From NCBI RefSeq assembly GCF_009914755.1, contig NC_060942.1: a stretch of DNA of 64,000 nucleotides, one strand, 5' to 3'. Origin of the DNA: the human T2T-CHM13v2.0 reference genome, Homo sapiens. Below, in pieces: positions 12,638 to 25,049 of this stretch (positions are counted from its first letter, which is position 1; every line of letters begins with the position of its first letter). The translations under genes and the position numbers were made by a program. The notes beneath the pieces are model-generated. The model worked only from the letters and a program-made list of their open reading frames with translations, searched no databases and had not been told where the DNA came from.

Positions 12638-13301
12638 CGTGGGTGTGCGTGCACGTGAGTCACTCACTCATAAGGGACTCTCCGAGTGAGTGTGAGGGTG
12701 CGTGAGTGGTTGTGTGTGAGGTGATGAGTGTGTGTGAGTGGTTAAGTGTGTGTGAGTTTGTATGATTTTGTGTGTGTGTGAGGACGTGTGTGTTTGTGTG
12801 TGTGGTGATGTGTGTGTGTCTATGTCTGCATGAGTGTGTGTGCATATGTGTGAGTGTGTGTGTGAGTGTGTGTGTGAGAGTCACTCAGACTCTCACGAGC
12901 GAGTGTGAGGGTTCATGAGTGGCTGAGTGTGAGTGTGTGAATGGCTGAGTGTGAGGGAGTGTGAGTGTGTGTGAATGGCTGAGTGTGGGTGAGTGTGGCT
13001 TGAGTGTGAATGTGAGTGTGTGAATTTGCATATGTGAAGTAATGAGTGCGTGTGAGTGGCTGTGTTTGCATGAGTGTGAGTGTATGGTTATATGTGTTTG
13101 TGTATGGGCAAGGTGGTGTGTGTATGAGTGGCTAAGTGTGTCTGGTAAGTGAGTGTGAGTGTGCATGTATGTGAGGGTGTGTGTGAGGTGATGAGTGTCT
13201 GAGTGTGTCTGGTAAGTGAGTGTGAGTGTGCATGTATGTAAAGGTGTGTGTGTGAGGTGATGAGTGTCTGAGTGTGTCTGCATGTGAGTGTGTGTGTGTG
13301 T
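12638..13301. repeat. Complex TG/TGAG-rich low-complexity repeat containing a ~68-bp minisatellite (13135-13280)
   Basis: ~660 bp of gtgtgtgagtg-type sequence; tctggtaagt recurs at 13141 and 13208, with a partial third unit at 13271. Confidence 0.9.
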
Positions 13302-15096
13302 TGCAGGGAAGTGGGGGGTCAGAAAGCCTCACTCAGGTAGTGACCCCTCCACGAAGTCAGCAAACGCTCACTTCCCCTGCACCCTGCACACGGGTTGGTG
13401 GAACCCATGAATACAGAGGAAATGCACACTTGCACCAAAGAGGAAACTGCCCAAGCCCTCCCTCTGCTCTGTGTGTCTGCGTGTGCAGCTCCCATCCCAG
13501 AAAACAGAATCCATCAGCCAGGATGAAGTAAGTTCCAGCCACCAGGAACTCTATAGAGTGGTTCAAAATGGGTAAAACAAGAATATCTCGGAATCACAGA
13601 ACACCAGCTCCTGTAAGGAGCCACACATTCCTAGAAAGGAGAAAAAACAGTCCTTCTGAAAAAACCCACTTCCAACACCCACATCCCACAGACACAACAA
13701 AATAGGAACAGGGGAAAATTCAAGATGGGGGAAAGCCCGGAAAAGCAACACCAGAGAGGGAAGACAAAGAGCAGCGTGACAGTCCACTTGCTGCTGCTCC
13801 GGAGTGAACCGTGAGGAATAGTCCTGGGAATTCACGAGCCGCTTTGCCACCTGTGAGAACACCGTGGCTTGGGCTGCTGGAGGAGCTGCTGGGTGCCGAG
13901 CAGCACGGCAGCTGGGAGCCTCCATGACCGATGCACCACGGGCCACGTGAGGCCCTGCAAACCCCAGCATGTAAATATACCCAGGTTTATTTACAGCCGT
14001 AAGTGCTCAGTATGACTGTCCACATAGAAACATATGCTATAAACACAATACCCAAGAGAGGTAGAATGCTTGGGGAAAAAGGAGAGAAGAAATTCCAACA
14101 GCTGGACCCCAGGTAACAAAAGTAAGGGATGGTTTACCCTCTATTTAAAAACCAATGGCATCTTTTTACTAAGAACTCTTTAAAAGAAAAGAAAAGCAAA
14201 GGAAAGAAATGCTTTGGGGTTTTGAAGTAAAAATTCATGACCAGGATGCCTTTACTTCCTGTCCCTTCAACCAAGACATCCTTTGCTGGAGTCCTTTATC
14301 TGGTGCTTTGTGTACATATATTTAATCCTATACAAAAGTGATAGGATGTCAAGAAAGATCTATAATAACACCATTTTTTAATTTCACTTCAAAGACTTGG
14401 CAATTTCTGATCCATGTGACATTCACACTCCTTCAGGGTCAAACAACATCTTGCAGCCTTCATAAAATGATTAAATATTTTAAACAACTCCTGCTTATAC
14501 CTCCATCGCCCCTCGAGACTGATACTGTTATCGTTTTTGTCAAAGCCAGTTTCCATCCGCATTTGTCATTCCTGCTTGCATTTATGAGTTATCAATCGCC
14601 ACGTCAAAATGCAAAATAACTGATGTTCTTTGGGCGGTATTGGATGGTCTATCTGGGGCTTTTAATCAATGCTGATTTCTATTTTCCATACCCATACATA
14701 AATCTTTACCATTCTGGGCCACATATAATGCGTTTGTACAAAACGCAGTGACAGAAGCAGTGGTTATATTATCAAACATTATACCTCGGGGCTAACTGAG
14801 TACCAAGGGCTTTCAAAAGGAACGCTGGGAATTACCGTGCGGGAGACATGACCGCAGTGGAGAATATAAGGAATTGGTTGTTGCCGTTTATAAATCAACA
14901 TCCTGCTAGCTAATCCCTCTCACTTAAATACAGTCCAGATTCTTTCCCTGATCCTCTGTAACTTAGTCATTTTTTTTCTAAAAGGTAAAGTTTGCATAAT
15001 CTACACAAATAATAATGAGCTGTGTGTTCTGATTTCTTCGACTTTTCCCCAGGGGCATAAATTCAAACGGCAGCATGGAACTTATTCAGGAATAGC

Positions 15097-15116
15097 TTTT
15101 TTTTTTTTTTTTTTTT
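15097..15116. repeat. Poly-T tract (~20 nt)
   Basis: Directly visible; no SINE body attached. Confidence 0.9.
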
Positions 15117-17215
15117 ACCTATACTGGAATTTTCCATGTTATGTCTCACCCCCAGTTGATCTAAGAGAGAATTGGTTTTGCCCTTTCAAAGGGCATTTGC
15201 CTAGTTGAACAGCAGTCATTGCAGAAATCATTCAAACAAGACATTAGTGCCCAGCAGATTTCAGTACATGCGGGTGCCCAAGGCTGTGGGAACTCACACA
15301 GTACCTTTAAAATGAAGCAAGGGAGTATACGCAAGCTCAGAGTGGAACGCAGCACAGGTGTGGAACTGGCAGAGTCCAGAAATACACAGGTAATTCACCA
15401 GCTTCCTCAAAAGATTAAAACACGTGAGGAGCAGCCTCCAAAGTTTTTCCATTATGATTAGCTTGCTTCTTCATGGACCTTGCTGTAAACTAATTGGCCT
15501 CCTGCCCCTGCCCCCCTACCCCATTCCAGGCAGTGTAATGGCTGCCAGTTAGCTCCCCTGGCAGCAGACAGTGACAGGGCAAGGTTTTCAGTGGAAAGGG
15601 CTCTGGCTTAATTAGTTCTCTGGGATTCGCAGCAGAAATCAAGAACCCAGAAGACTGCTGCTATAACAAACTTGTATGTTCAGGAAACGTTGCAATTGTA
15701 AAGATGTCTCCCAGCATTTGAAATAGGAAGTCGAATACCAAAGTAAACAACAGTGTTGTTGAGGGATTAACAACGGTCAAACATGAGGATGAGAAAACTC
15801 ACGTGGGCTCATACATCAGGGTGTCCTCTGAAAGGCAGTTTCAAAAGGCAACTTTGAGTAGCTGATTCAGAATAGTACCAGTATGATGAAAATGGCTTTC
15901 TGTACTGTGTTTCAAGAGGCAATATGTTCTGTATTGAATTCAAGTACTCACAGCTTAACAAAATCAGTGAGTAGCCAGCCTCATTTGGCAACTCGTGTGT
16001 TCAGTAAGCAGCATGTGATAACTTCAACATTTATTTATCTGAACACGGGGAGGCTCGCTGAGTGAACGGGAAGTCCCTGCCATCTCTGCAGTTTCAAAGG
16101 AGACTGATGTCATACGTCTTTGGAAAGGTCGTGTGACGTAATTAAGCAAGGCTGGGCTGCTGATGCCTGAGAGTGGCCTTGCAGGTGTGGCATTTGTCCT
16201 CCTTCTGTCCCTTGGGACCATCTGGACTGAGCCTACCCCCCCGGCATTTGGTAGGTCTTGGAATATTTGAAAATGACGGTCTAGCCCCCCTGAGTCCTCT
16301 CCTCTACATATCTCTCAGGTGTTGCTCAATCATTTTGGTCTTGCTTCTTCTCATCATTGTTTTTCCTTCTCTCTCCTCGGTACACTGTCGGCATTGTCCT
16401 CACCCTGGGAGCCACCAGCACTGACCACAGCCACCATGTGCAGTTGGATCAGGTCACAACAGCACGGCATTTTCACACTGACATTCTAAATGCTGCTTTT
16501 ATTTTCGCATTGCAAGATTAAGTTATCATTTACTCCACAAGTACAGAGAGAGCGCCTACTGTGTGTTAGGTGCAGTGTGCAGTCTGGAGGCCACAGTCGT
16601 CTTGGCTGTCACCGTACCCCTAATAGCTGCACCTCTGTTCCATGCATTGTGGTATTTTTCATGTGGTCAGTACTTCTCAGTGGGAGGGCCCGTTTGCCCA
16701 TTCTTCTTGGAAAACACAGCCAGCACAGAGTCAGGCCCAGGGAAAGTTCTTAACAAAGACTTCTGTGGGGACCTCATCGGGTTGTTTTAGGACTGCAATT
16801 GTTTTGCCACCATAGGTTTGGTTATTTTGGAGGTCTCAAGAGCAGTTCAGACAAGACACGATTCCTCAGTCATTCCCCGCAGGTTAGCCTGGGGCCATGG
16901 CCTTTGAGGGAGTGGAGGGAAGAGAAGGCCTAACATGGGTTCTGGGGCTGCCTCCTGGGCTTAGAAGCTGGGGGATTTGAAGCCCCCACCTCCGGGGGAG
17001 GGCCCCACTCCCTAGAAAAAGGCCCTGAGATGGCTGAATCCTGGGGGGAGAAATGTTGAATTTGCTTGAAAATTTACTACTTGTTTACTCTTTTAATTTC
17101 TTTACCAAGTTATTATTTATTTGAATATGGCTTCATTCCAAGCTCAATATTCAGTCTTCCAACTTAACACCAGAAAGAATTTGGAAACATACCTATTTCC
17201 ACTATAGTAAATGTG

Positions 17216-17433
17216 CCTATTTCCCAGCCAGGGGCACTTTTGTCCCTTCCTCCCAAAGAGTCCTTGGCAATGTCTGGAGATGTTTTTTGGGGGGCAGGCT
17301 GGGGTGGGGCTCACCACTGACATCTGGTGGGTAGAGGGGACTCTGTTAAACATGCTACAATGCACAGGACAGTACTCCACAATACAGAATGATCTGGCCC
17401 CAAACGTCAACAGTGCTAAGTCAAGAAACTCTG
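17216..17433 (+). mobile_element. MER20 hAT-Charlie element
   Basis: ttggcaatgtctggagatgttttt..gacatctggtgggtagagg..acaatgcacaggacag..ggccccaaacgtcaacagtgc..gaaactctg. Confidence 0.9.
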
Positions 17434-18039
17434 ATTAATACAGCAAATCCCCCCAAAGTGCATATTTGCATGGAAGAAAAGGAAGAAGGAAGCAAGAAAA
17501 ATGAAGCTGTTGGTAATATGAATTTATATATTCTAGCCAGTGTAAGATAAGAGGAGACAATATGTTTTCCTTTTCTGCTGGATAAGAATTGATAAATGTT
17601 TATTAAAATGATATTTTTAAACCTGATTTTTTTATACTGAAGTACATACACTAGAAACACGGTTTCTATAAAGGCTCAAGGTATGAGTATAGATATAGTA
17701 TGATATATTTAAATATCTAAATTGCATTTATATTGAGATGAATAGCTTCAGAAAAAAGCAATGCTTTTCATATTTATTTTAAATTTTGGATGAATTACAG
17801 CAAATGCAGTTAATGTAATTTCTGGATTCATGGAGAACGAAGCATGAGGACTGTTTTGCCTTGCCATAACAGCATGTGTGTCAATATTTCTGGGTGAAAT
17901 CAAAGACAAGTTCCAAATCATAATTTTGCAAATCATTCCAAAATGGGGAGCACTATGAATTTTGGCAAAGAGTCTATGCTATCTCTGTCTATAAATTTGG
18001 TATAAATCTTCGTTATTTGCAAAATATATGCATATCTTG

Positions 18040-18290
18040 TGCTGAGGTAAATGCTCTGGAACACAGCCTGGGCTTTTGGATCCAAAAGGCCTTTAATTGA
18101 TTCACCGTTCTCTCCCTGTCTACTGGTATGAACTTCACCAAGTCATTTTAACCTGCCTGTCGCTTTGTTTTCCGGTATGTAAAATGGGGTTAATAACGGA
18201 GGTACTTCCTTTATGGGGCTGTTCTAAGGGTTGGTGGAAATGCGGGACACAGAGGAAGCCTTACATTGCCATTTTCTCATTATTAATAGT
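18040..18290 (+). mobile_element. MIR SINE
   Basis: caagtcattttaacct..gttttcc..tgtaaaatggggttaataac..acttcctttatggggctgtt. Confidence 0.7.
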
Positions 18291-18300
18291 ATAACTATTC

Positions 18301-18571
18301 TTTTTTTTTTTTTTTTTTTTTTTAGACAGAGTCTAGCTCTGTCACCTAGGCTGGAGTGCAGTGGCATGCAAGCAATTCTCCTGTCTCAGACTCCCAAGTA
18401 TCTGGGGTTACAGGTGCCTGCCACCACACCCAGCTAATTCTTTATATTTTTGGTAGAGACAGGGTTTCACTACATTGGCCAGGCTGGTCTTGAACTCCTG
18501 ACCTCAAGTGATCTACCTGCCTTGGCTTCCCAAAGTGCTGGGATGACAGGCATGAACCACCGTGTCCGGCC
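18301..18571 (-). mobile_element. Alu SINE (AluSx/Sz-like) with a ~35-40 bp internal deletion
   Basis: Poly-T, agacagagtctagctctgtcacc..gcagtggcatg joined directly to caagcaattctcctg; ends cgtgtccggcc; TSD aactattct. Confidence 0.96.
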
Positions 18572-18618
18572 TCAACTATTCTTATTATAATAACATCTTG
18601 CTATATCCTCATCCTAAA

Positions 18619-19069
18619 TATGTTAGTTTCCCAGGGCTGCTATAACAAAATCCTTCACACTAGATGGCTTAAAACAACAGAAGTCCATTCTCTTACGGTC
18701 TGGAGTCTAGAAGTCCAAATGCTAGGTGTCGACAGGGCCCTCCTCTCTCTGAAGGTTCTAGGGAAGCCATCCCAGGCCTCCCTCCCAGCTCTGGGGCTGC
18801 TGGCCATCCTTGGTGTTCCTTGGCCTGTGGACGCATCGTTCCAGTCTTTGCCTCTGTCGTCACGTGGCCTTCTCCTGTGTGTTTCTGTGTCTCTCCTCTT
18901 CTTAGAAGGACACAAAGTCTTATTGCAATAGGGCCCACCTCAGTCCAGTATGGCCTCATCTAAATTTGATTGCAAAGGCCCCATTTCCAGGTAAGGTCCC
19001 ATTTTCAGGTATCGGTGCTTATGACGTGGACATATCTTTTCTTTTTGGATCCAGTATAACCCACACCAC
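18619..19069 (-). mobile_element. MLT1C-like solo LTR
   Basis: ttagtttcccagggctgctataacaaa..ggcttaaaacaacagaa..ggccatccttggtgttccttggcctgtggacgcatc..gggcccacc..tatggcctcatc..ccatttccaggtaaggtc. Confidence 0.9.
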
Positions 19070-19617
19070 CAAGTGTCAAAACAAGACCCCGGATAAGCTG
19101 GCCTTGTTTAACTTAAATGGAAACTTGCAGAAACGCCTCACTATGTCAAGGAGTCGTCTCATGGTGGCTGTCACATGAAGCATGAAGGAGTGTGATGGAG
19201 GACCCAGCGTGGGAGGACAGACAGTGAAGCCGTCATGGGAATGCAGGGTGTGGCTCTGTGGACCACGCACATGGGCAGTGAGCTGCACAGGGAGGTTCTC
19301 TGGGGATGGAGGGGAACGTTACCTCCCAGGGGCTCCTGGGGAGTTCGGGAAGCGCTGACAGTGACTGCGTATTTCTCAGCTGCCACACGTGTCATATGCA
19401 GTGAGCTGCAGGGGAATCTTTAATTCTTGGAACTCGGATGAGGTGCTTAGAAACGAAGGCCTTTCTCATTTCATGGGTGGCAGCAGTCCTGTGAAAAAGT
19501 TTACCTCGTGTTGCTGCCGCCTCAGGTTTTAACAGTTTTGTCTTCCTGGGTTGTTGAAACAGCCACACACCTCAGGTCAACAATATGCGGTGACTTAGCC
19601 CTGATCAGAAAGGTTTC

Positions 19618-20024
19618 TGTCATGAGTTGAATTGCATCTCCCCCAAGTTTATATATGTTGATGTCCTAACCCCCACTACCTCAGAATGTGCCTTTATTTG
19701 GAGACATGATCTTTGTAGAGGTAATCAAGTTAAAATGAGGTCATCAGGGTGGGCCCTAATTTAATGTGACTGGTGTCCTTATAAAAAGGGGAAATTTGCA
19801 GACAGACATAGACAGAGAGAATGCCAGGGGAAAATGAAGGCAGAGATCTGAGTGATGCTTGTATGAGCCAAGGAGTGCCAGCGACTACCAGCAATCACCA
19901 GCACCACTGCAGCCACCTTGATCTTAGACTTAGCCCCGTCTCCAGGACTGCGAACCAATCCATTTCTGCTGCTGAAGCCACCCAGTTGGTGGAACACTGT
20001 TATGGCAGTTCCAGGAGACTCACA
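19618..20024 (+). mobile_element. MLT1B/C-like solo LTR with an internal deletion
   Basis: tgagttgaattg..gtcctaacccccactacctcagaatgtg..gtaatcaagttaaaatgaggtcatcagggtgggccctaat..gaagccacccagtt..gttatggcag. Confidence 0.9.
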
Positions 20025-20119
20025 ACAGTTCTGTGGGGGCTTCAAAGAGGACATGCCAATGCCCTGTGTGGGAGGGGCTCCAACATCAGCTCAAGCCTGT
20101 GTGCCTGAGGCAGATCTTC

Positions 20120-20330
20120 TGTACAGACGATTCACTGAACCTTTGCTTAAATACCTCTTACAACAGGGAACGCTGCCTCACAAGTCAGCCCATTCCTTTC
20201 TCAGGCAGTCTAATGATTGGGAAGTTCTTTCTTCCTTTACCAAAATCTGCTTCCTGATGTCACGGTCCTGTCCCCGAAAAGCCCAGTAGGATCACTTCCT
20301 CTTCCCCTTGGCCACCCTTCGGACCTGGGA
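20120..20330 (-). mobile_element. L3/CR1 LINE fragment
   Basis: tgcttaaatacctc..cagggaacgct..cagcccattcc..ctaatgattgggaagttctttct..aaatctgcttcctg matches the mammalian L3 3' pattern. Confidence 0.6.
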
Positions 20331-21664
20331 AATAGCAATCAGTCCCCTCCCATCTTCATCTGACCAAGCACCCAGAGTTCCAGAAATCAATACCATGCAG
20401 GGAAATCCACCGAACACTGGTTGTTGGCCATGTGGTGCCGTGCAGGCACCTCCACCGCCCTGCGTTCCCATCGCTGTTGTTGAGACCCGCGGTCATGACA
20501 TCCAAGGGCGGCTCCCAGAGCCCAGGCACTGGCTGCTCTTCTGAGGCTTGTCAGGCGGGTGGTGCTAGCCTTGGTTGGTGGATCTACAGTGCACACCACG
20601 GCCTTGGTCTTCACCGAGGCAGATCTGGAAGAGGTCTTAGAGAGATGTTGGAGTCCCGGAAGGAAGCTTCCTCTCAGATAACAGACTTTCCCTGTGGGGA
20701 GCGTGGTTTTAGCTTCACTGGGCTAAACACTGGGAGTGGTAGAGAGCTGTCCTCTCCTGTTCCTAGGGGAACCTGCTTACACAGAGATGGCCATGAGCAC
20801 TGTTTGTCCTGGACACCTTCAGACCAAAAAGCTGATGCAATGCTGCTCTTCATTCAAGCGTGTAAATACAGTTAGTTGCCACTCAGGATCAGAGCATCTT
20901 TCTCTTGCTATTTGCCGATATTGCTAAGGCTTTGTCCCCGTGCTGAATCACACTGAAGGTTAATTTGGCTTCATAGAAAATAAACTACATGGCCTGAGAA
21001 GGATTTATTGAGTGTCTGCAGCTGGGGAGCTGTTCTGGAAACTCACATGTCCTGAAAAGCGGGGCATTTGGTCTTGTCACTCCCTTCTCTCCCCCTGCTC
21101 TCTGTCCCTATCCCCCTCAAACTTCTCCAGACCCCAATCCTTTGATAGAAAGGTCTTGTTGAAAGACTCAGACAGAACCAGCCCACTTCCATGGGGACCA
21201 GCATCTCCGAGTCCCTGCCAATAAGCTAGTGGCACCTAGTTTCACTGAAGTTGTGGATGAGACTGTTTTGTGATGCTTTGCCCTGCGTGTGTGTGGCTGT
21301 CTTTCATGAAGTCCTGGTACGTTTTTTGTCCACTCTTGGCTATGGGTTCCAGACATCAGTTTTGTAGATAAGAATTTCTCTGGACAGCCAGTGACATCAC
21401 ATGTCCTGTCTTCCGACCACTCATGAAACAGGACTCTCATTCCTTATGGTCCATCCCATGAGAAGCTCAGACACACACACACCACTGGGGGAAATATCAC
21501 TGGGAATGGTGCTTGTAGCCATAGGCGAAATAATTGGTAGAATTAGAACTACTACACATTTACAACTGCAAATGTCTGTCTGGGCAGACATAGCCAAAAG
21601 CAGTGCTCCCGACCAAACTTTTGTATGACGAAAACAATTCTCCTATATGAGGTCATGGATAGTC

Positions 21665-21925
21665 TTTTTTTTTTTTTTTTTTTTTTTTTGAGACAGGGTC
21701 TGGCTCTGTTGCTCAGGCTGGAGTGCAGTGGCAAGGTCATGGCTCACTGTAGCCTCGACCTCCCAGGCTCAAGCAATCCTCCCACCTCAGCCTGCTGATA
21801 GCTGGGAGCACGGATGCACACCACCACGCCTGGTGACTTTTTGCATTTTTTTTTGTAGAGAGCGATCCACCCACCTGGGCCTCCCAAAGTGCTGGGATTA
21901 TAGGCGCGAGCCATGGCACCTGGCC
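21665..21925 (-). mobile_element. Alu SINE (AluJ-like) with a ~50 bp deletion in the left monomer
   Basis: gagacagggtct..gtagcctcgacctcccaggctcaagcaatcctcccacctcagcc (J type); gtagagag joined to cgatccacccac; TSD atgg(a/g)tagtct. Confidence 0.95.
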
Positions 21926-22119
21926 ATGGGTAGTCTTAAAATTGATAAAATGATGTCTTCGATCAATGTCTTCTTGTGGCATCAGTGGCTTAACTCCTGT
22001 GGAGGCCCTGGAACGCGGCATCTGTAAGCCGCAGGGAGCTGGCAGCCGTCCTGAGTGCTCTTCCCGGTTGCCTCCATGGTGCATTTTCTCCTCTGGGCCC
22101 CTGCCCCTGCGAGTCTCAC

Positions 22120-22450
22120 TCCCACTCACTGCACCATGCCTGGAGAGCCTCAGCAGCCATCAGGCGAGGCTCTCTGCTGTCCCCACTTCCTGCTCCAGTT
22201 CGTCCTATACATAGCTGGCAGGATAATCTTCCAAGAATGCTATTTTCATCAAGCTACTCCCCTGCGTGGAGCCCACAATAGCTCTGCATCATCCTTCTTC
22301 AGCCCACTTCCATTCTTCTTTGACCTTGCTTCCCCGACCCAGAAGCCCCCTCCTCTCTGACCTCCTGCAACCCTCTCCTGCCTCCTGCTGGGTCTTACTG
22401 GCTCCTGCCATTGCACCTCTGTGGAGGGAATGACCTCAACCCCAATTTTC
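22120..22450 (+). mobile_element. L2 LINE fragment
   Basis: tccagttcgtcctatacatagctggcaggataatcttccaagaatgc..actcccctgc resembles L2. Confidence 0.5.
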
Positions 22451-22661
22451 CATTTGCCTTCTCTTCCTAGTTTGCAGTCTCGCCTCTAGCTAAGATTTCT
22501 AATTTCCAACAAGCCCAGCGGAGCCAATCCCATGACACACTGAGCTCCCTTTGACTCTGCGATCTGTGTTGTGATGCAGATGTGGTTTGCTTCCCAAATT
22601 CCAACATGAAAAACTCCATACTTTTCCTTTTTTTATTTGACAGAACGGCTGTGATGGGTAC

Positions 22662-22900
22662 TTCAGCATAATGCTTGGGAATCTAGGCTGGAGTCTGACA
22701 GACCTGAGTTCAATATTGATTCTGCTATGTACTGCCTATGTGACCTTGAGCAGGTCACCTCATCTGTCTGAGCTTCGGTTTCCTCATCTGTGGGATGGGA
22801 ATGGTAATAGTAATGAAGCCTGCTTCTTAGGTTGTTCCTGCAAGGGTCAAATGATATGATAGACATACAGCACCCAACAAGTGCTCAATAAAATGAGCTT
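22662..22900 (+). mobile_element. MIR SINE (near full length)
   Basis: ctggagtctgacagacctgagttcaa..tgtgaccttgagcaggtcacctcatctgtctgagcttcggtttcctcatctgt..aagtgctcaataaa. Confidence 0.9.
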
Positions 22901-23559
22901 TTCTGTTCTTGCAGTGTGTGCTCCAGGCACTCAATACATGCTCATTAGAACCTGGCACCTTCACGCATGCACTAGGAGACAGCAGGAAGGATGCCAGCAT
23001 TTAATTCTCCATAATACTTCAAGTATTGCTTTCTTTAAGCTGGGCTCCCACGTGATGCCTTAGAAACTTCTTGTATATCCTGGTCTCTTGCTAAGGACAT
23101 TTCCCCCACCTGGGCTCTGCCTCCATACTACTTTTTCCATGTTGAGTGTGGGCTTCCCACCTTGTCCAGGTTCCTCTATATTAAGACTGAGTGTTACAGC
23201 AGCTGCACTTTTTAAGGATGGAGAGTGTCTCACTCCTCTTCACAACTTCAGCACGAGCCACAGTGTCTGGTGTGCAATCCATGTTGATGGATAAATTTTG
23301 GATAAATTAGCATCACCCATAAATGAACACTGGAGTTGGTGACCTCATAGGTCACTGAGCTCCCGTCCTGGGAAGACTTAAGTAGAAGCTGTGTATCCAA
23401 TGGCCACCTCTCAGGGAGGTTGTGAGACAGGCTTCCTGCAGAAGTGAGGTCATGGGTACCCATGGGGGAGGCCGCCACGTGTCTCCTGACGGCTGCTTTA
23501 AGGTGGGATGACTCTAAGATCCCACGAATAAAGCAGTCCATGTGACATGACTGTGGGGC

Positions 23560-23670
23560 GTCAGTTGCCTCAGTTTTCTCATTTTGAAAAATGAGGTATT
23601 TCCTTGTGGAGCTGCTTTGAGGGTAAATGGAAATGATACAAGTGAAGCAGCAAGCAAGTGTCTGGCAAGT
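23560..23670 (+). mobile_element. MIR fragment
   Basis: gcctcagttttctcattttgaaaaatgagg..tgagggtaaatggaaatgatacaagtgaag. Confidence 0.6.
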
Positions 23671-24229
23671 AGAAATGCAAAGAAGGTTCACTGCACAAGA
23701 GCATGAATGTATCCCACCAGCTCTCCACTACATCATTTGACTTATGTATCTCATGGGTGCCCACACTCAACAACTTCACCAGGGGTTTATCACTCCCAAG
23801 CTCCGTTCTCCTCCCAGTTTATTTATTGCAACCATCCCCACTTCATCTCCTTTGCTGTGCATGGGCCTAGATAAGGTCCCTTCTATTTCAATAAATTATT
23901 AAGGCTTCCCCACTTCCTATTGCTCCCTCTCACCCAAGTTCTGCCAGAGAGACCCTTCTAAAATGTGGTTAGATCACAAGATCAGTAGACATCCCTATTT
24001 TTATTCTGAAGTGGACAACTGCTACCACTTACTAGGGCTTGTTTTAGTTTATTTTTGCTTTTTGATGGGTGATTTACATGCGTGCTCATTGGATTTAAAA
24101 CAGCTCACTTCCCTCATTTTCTCCATAAGGAATATTCTGAACTGAGGGGTTCCATGATTCCATCTCACCAGTGGTCTATATCTATTGGAAATCTGCCTGC
24201 TGAAGAGGGTAACTTGGCGGTGTTGCCTG

Positions 24230-24645
24230 TGTATCAGTTAGCCGTGCTGCATAACAAACTATCCCTAAACTAGTGACTTTAAACAACAATATGTTGTTTA
24301 GCTCACGATTCTATGGGTCAGCAATGTGGGCTGTACTCAAGTGGGCAGATCCCCTGGTCTCAACTGCGCTCACTCAGGCATCTCCAGCAGGTGAGCCCAG
24401 GCCTGCTCAGGTGGTGGCTAGGCCACAGGTTCCAGAAGCGTGACGGCATTCCAGGCCTCAGGAGCTTGGGCCTTGAGCTGGCCTGCTGCCACCTCTGCTA
24501 CATTCTATGGGTCAATCCAAGTCACTGGCCAGCCCAGATTCAAGGGGTGGGGAAAGACTTCACCTCATGATATGAAGAGCTTCAAAGTCACACTGCAAAG
24601 GGACATAGGAAATGGAAGGAAGACAATTTGCAAAGAATTTCCCAT
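24230..24645 (-). mobile_element. MLT1H-like solo LTR
   Basis: tgtatcagtta..gctgcataacaaactatccctaaactagtg..gctcacgattctatgggtcagcaat..ggccagcccagattcaaggggtgggg. Confidence 0.8.
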
Positions 24646-24867
24646 ACCCTGATCCACTGCACACTCCCGCCCCCTCACGAGTGAGAAGCTCTTGTGGGAG
24701 ATGAACGGGGAGGAGAAGACAACTTCTGCCCTTGAAGAAATGACAAACCACAGTTTCCAGCATGAGAAGGGCTATCAGTCTGGTGTGGAAGAGACCACCC
24801 TCTCATTGTGAGCTATCAGGGGTACGATTTGTTACCTACATATGTGTTTATCCATGTTCTTCTGTGT

Positions 24868-25049
24868 TAGGGCTTTTCTAACTTTTTTCAAAGGGTGGCA
24901 TAGTAAATATTTCAGAGTCTTTGCTGCCTACCCACCTCCAGCATTGTGGCATGAAATGTGTCACCAAATGGACGTGTTCCAATAACACATTTTGCAAAAA
25001 CAGCCGGTGGGCTGCACTGGCTCTCAGGTCATAGTTTTCTGACTCCCTG
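24868..25049 (+). mobile_element. MER58A-like hAT-Charlie element (degraded)
   Basis: aagggtggcatagtaaatatttcag..gtgttccaataa..caaaaacagccggtgggctg..catagttttctgactccctg. Confidence 0.75.

Noticed and set aside
12660-13332. His/Thr-rich ORFs on the minus strand
   Set aside because: Artefact of the (CA)-rich repeat
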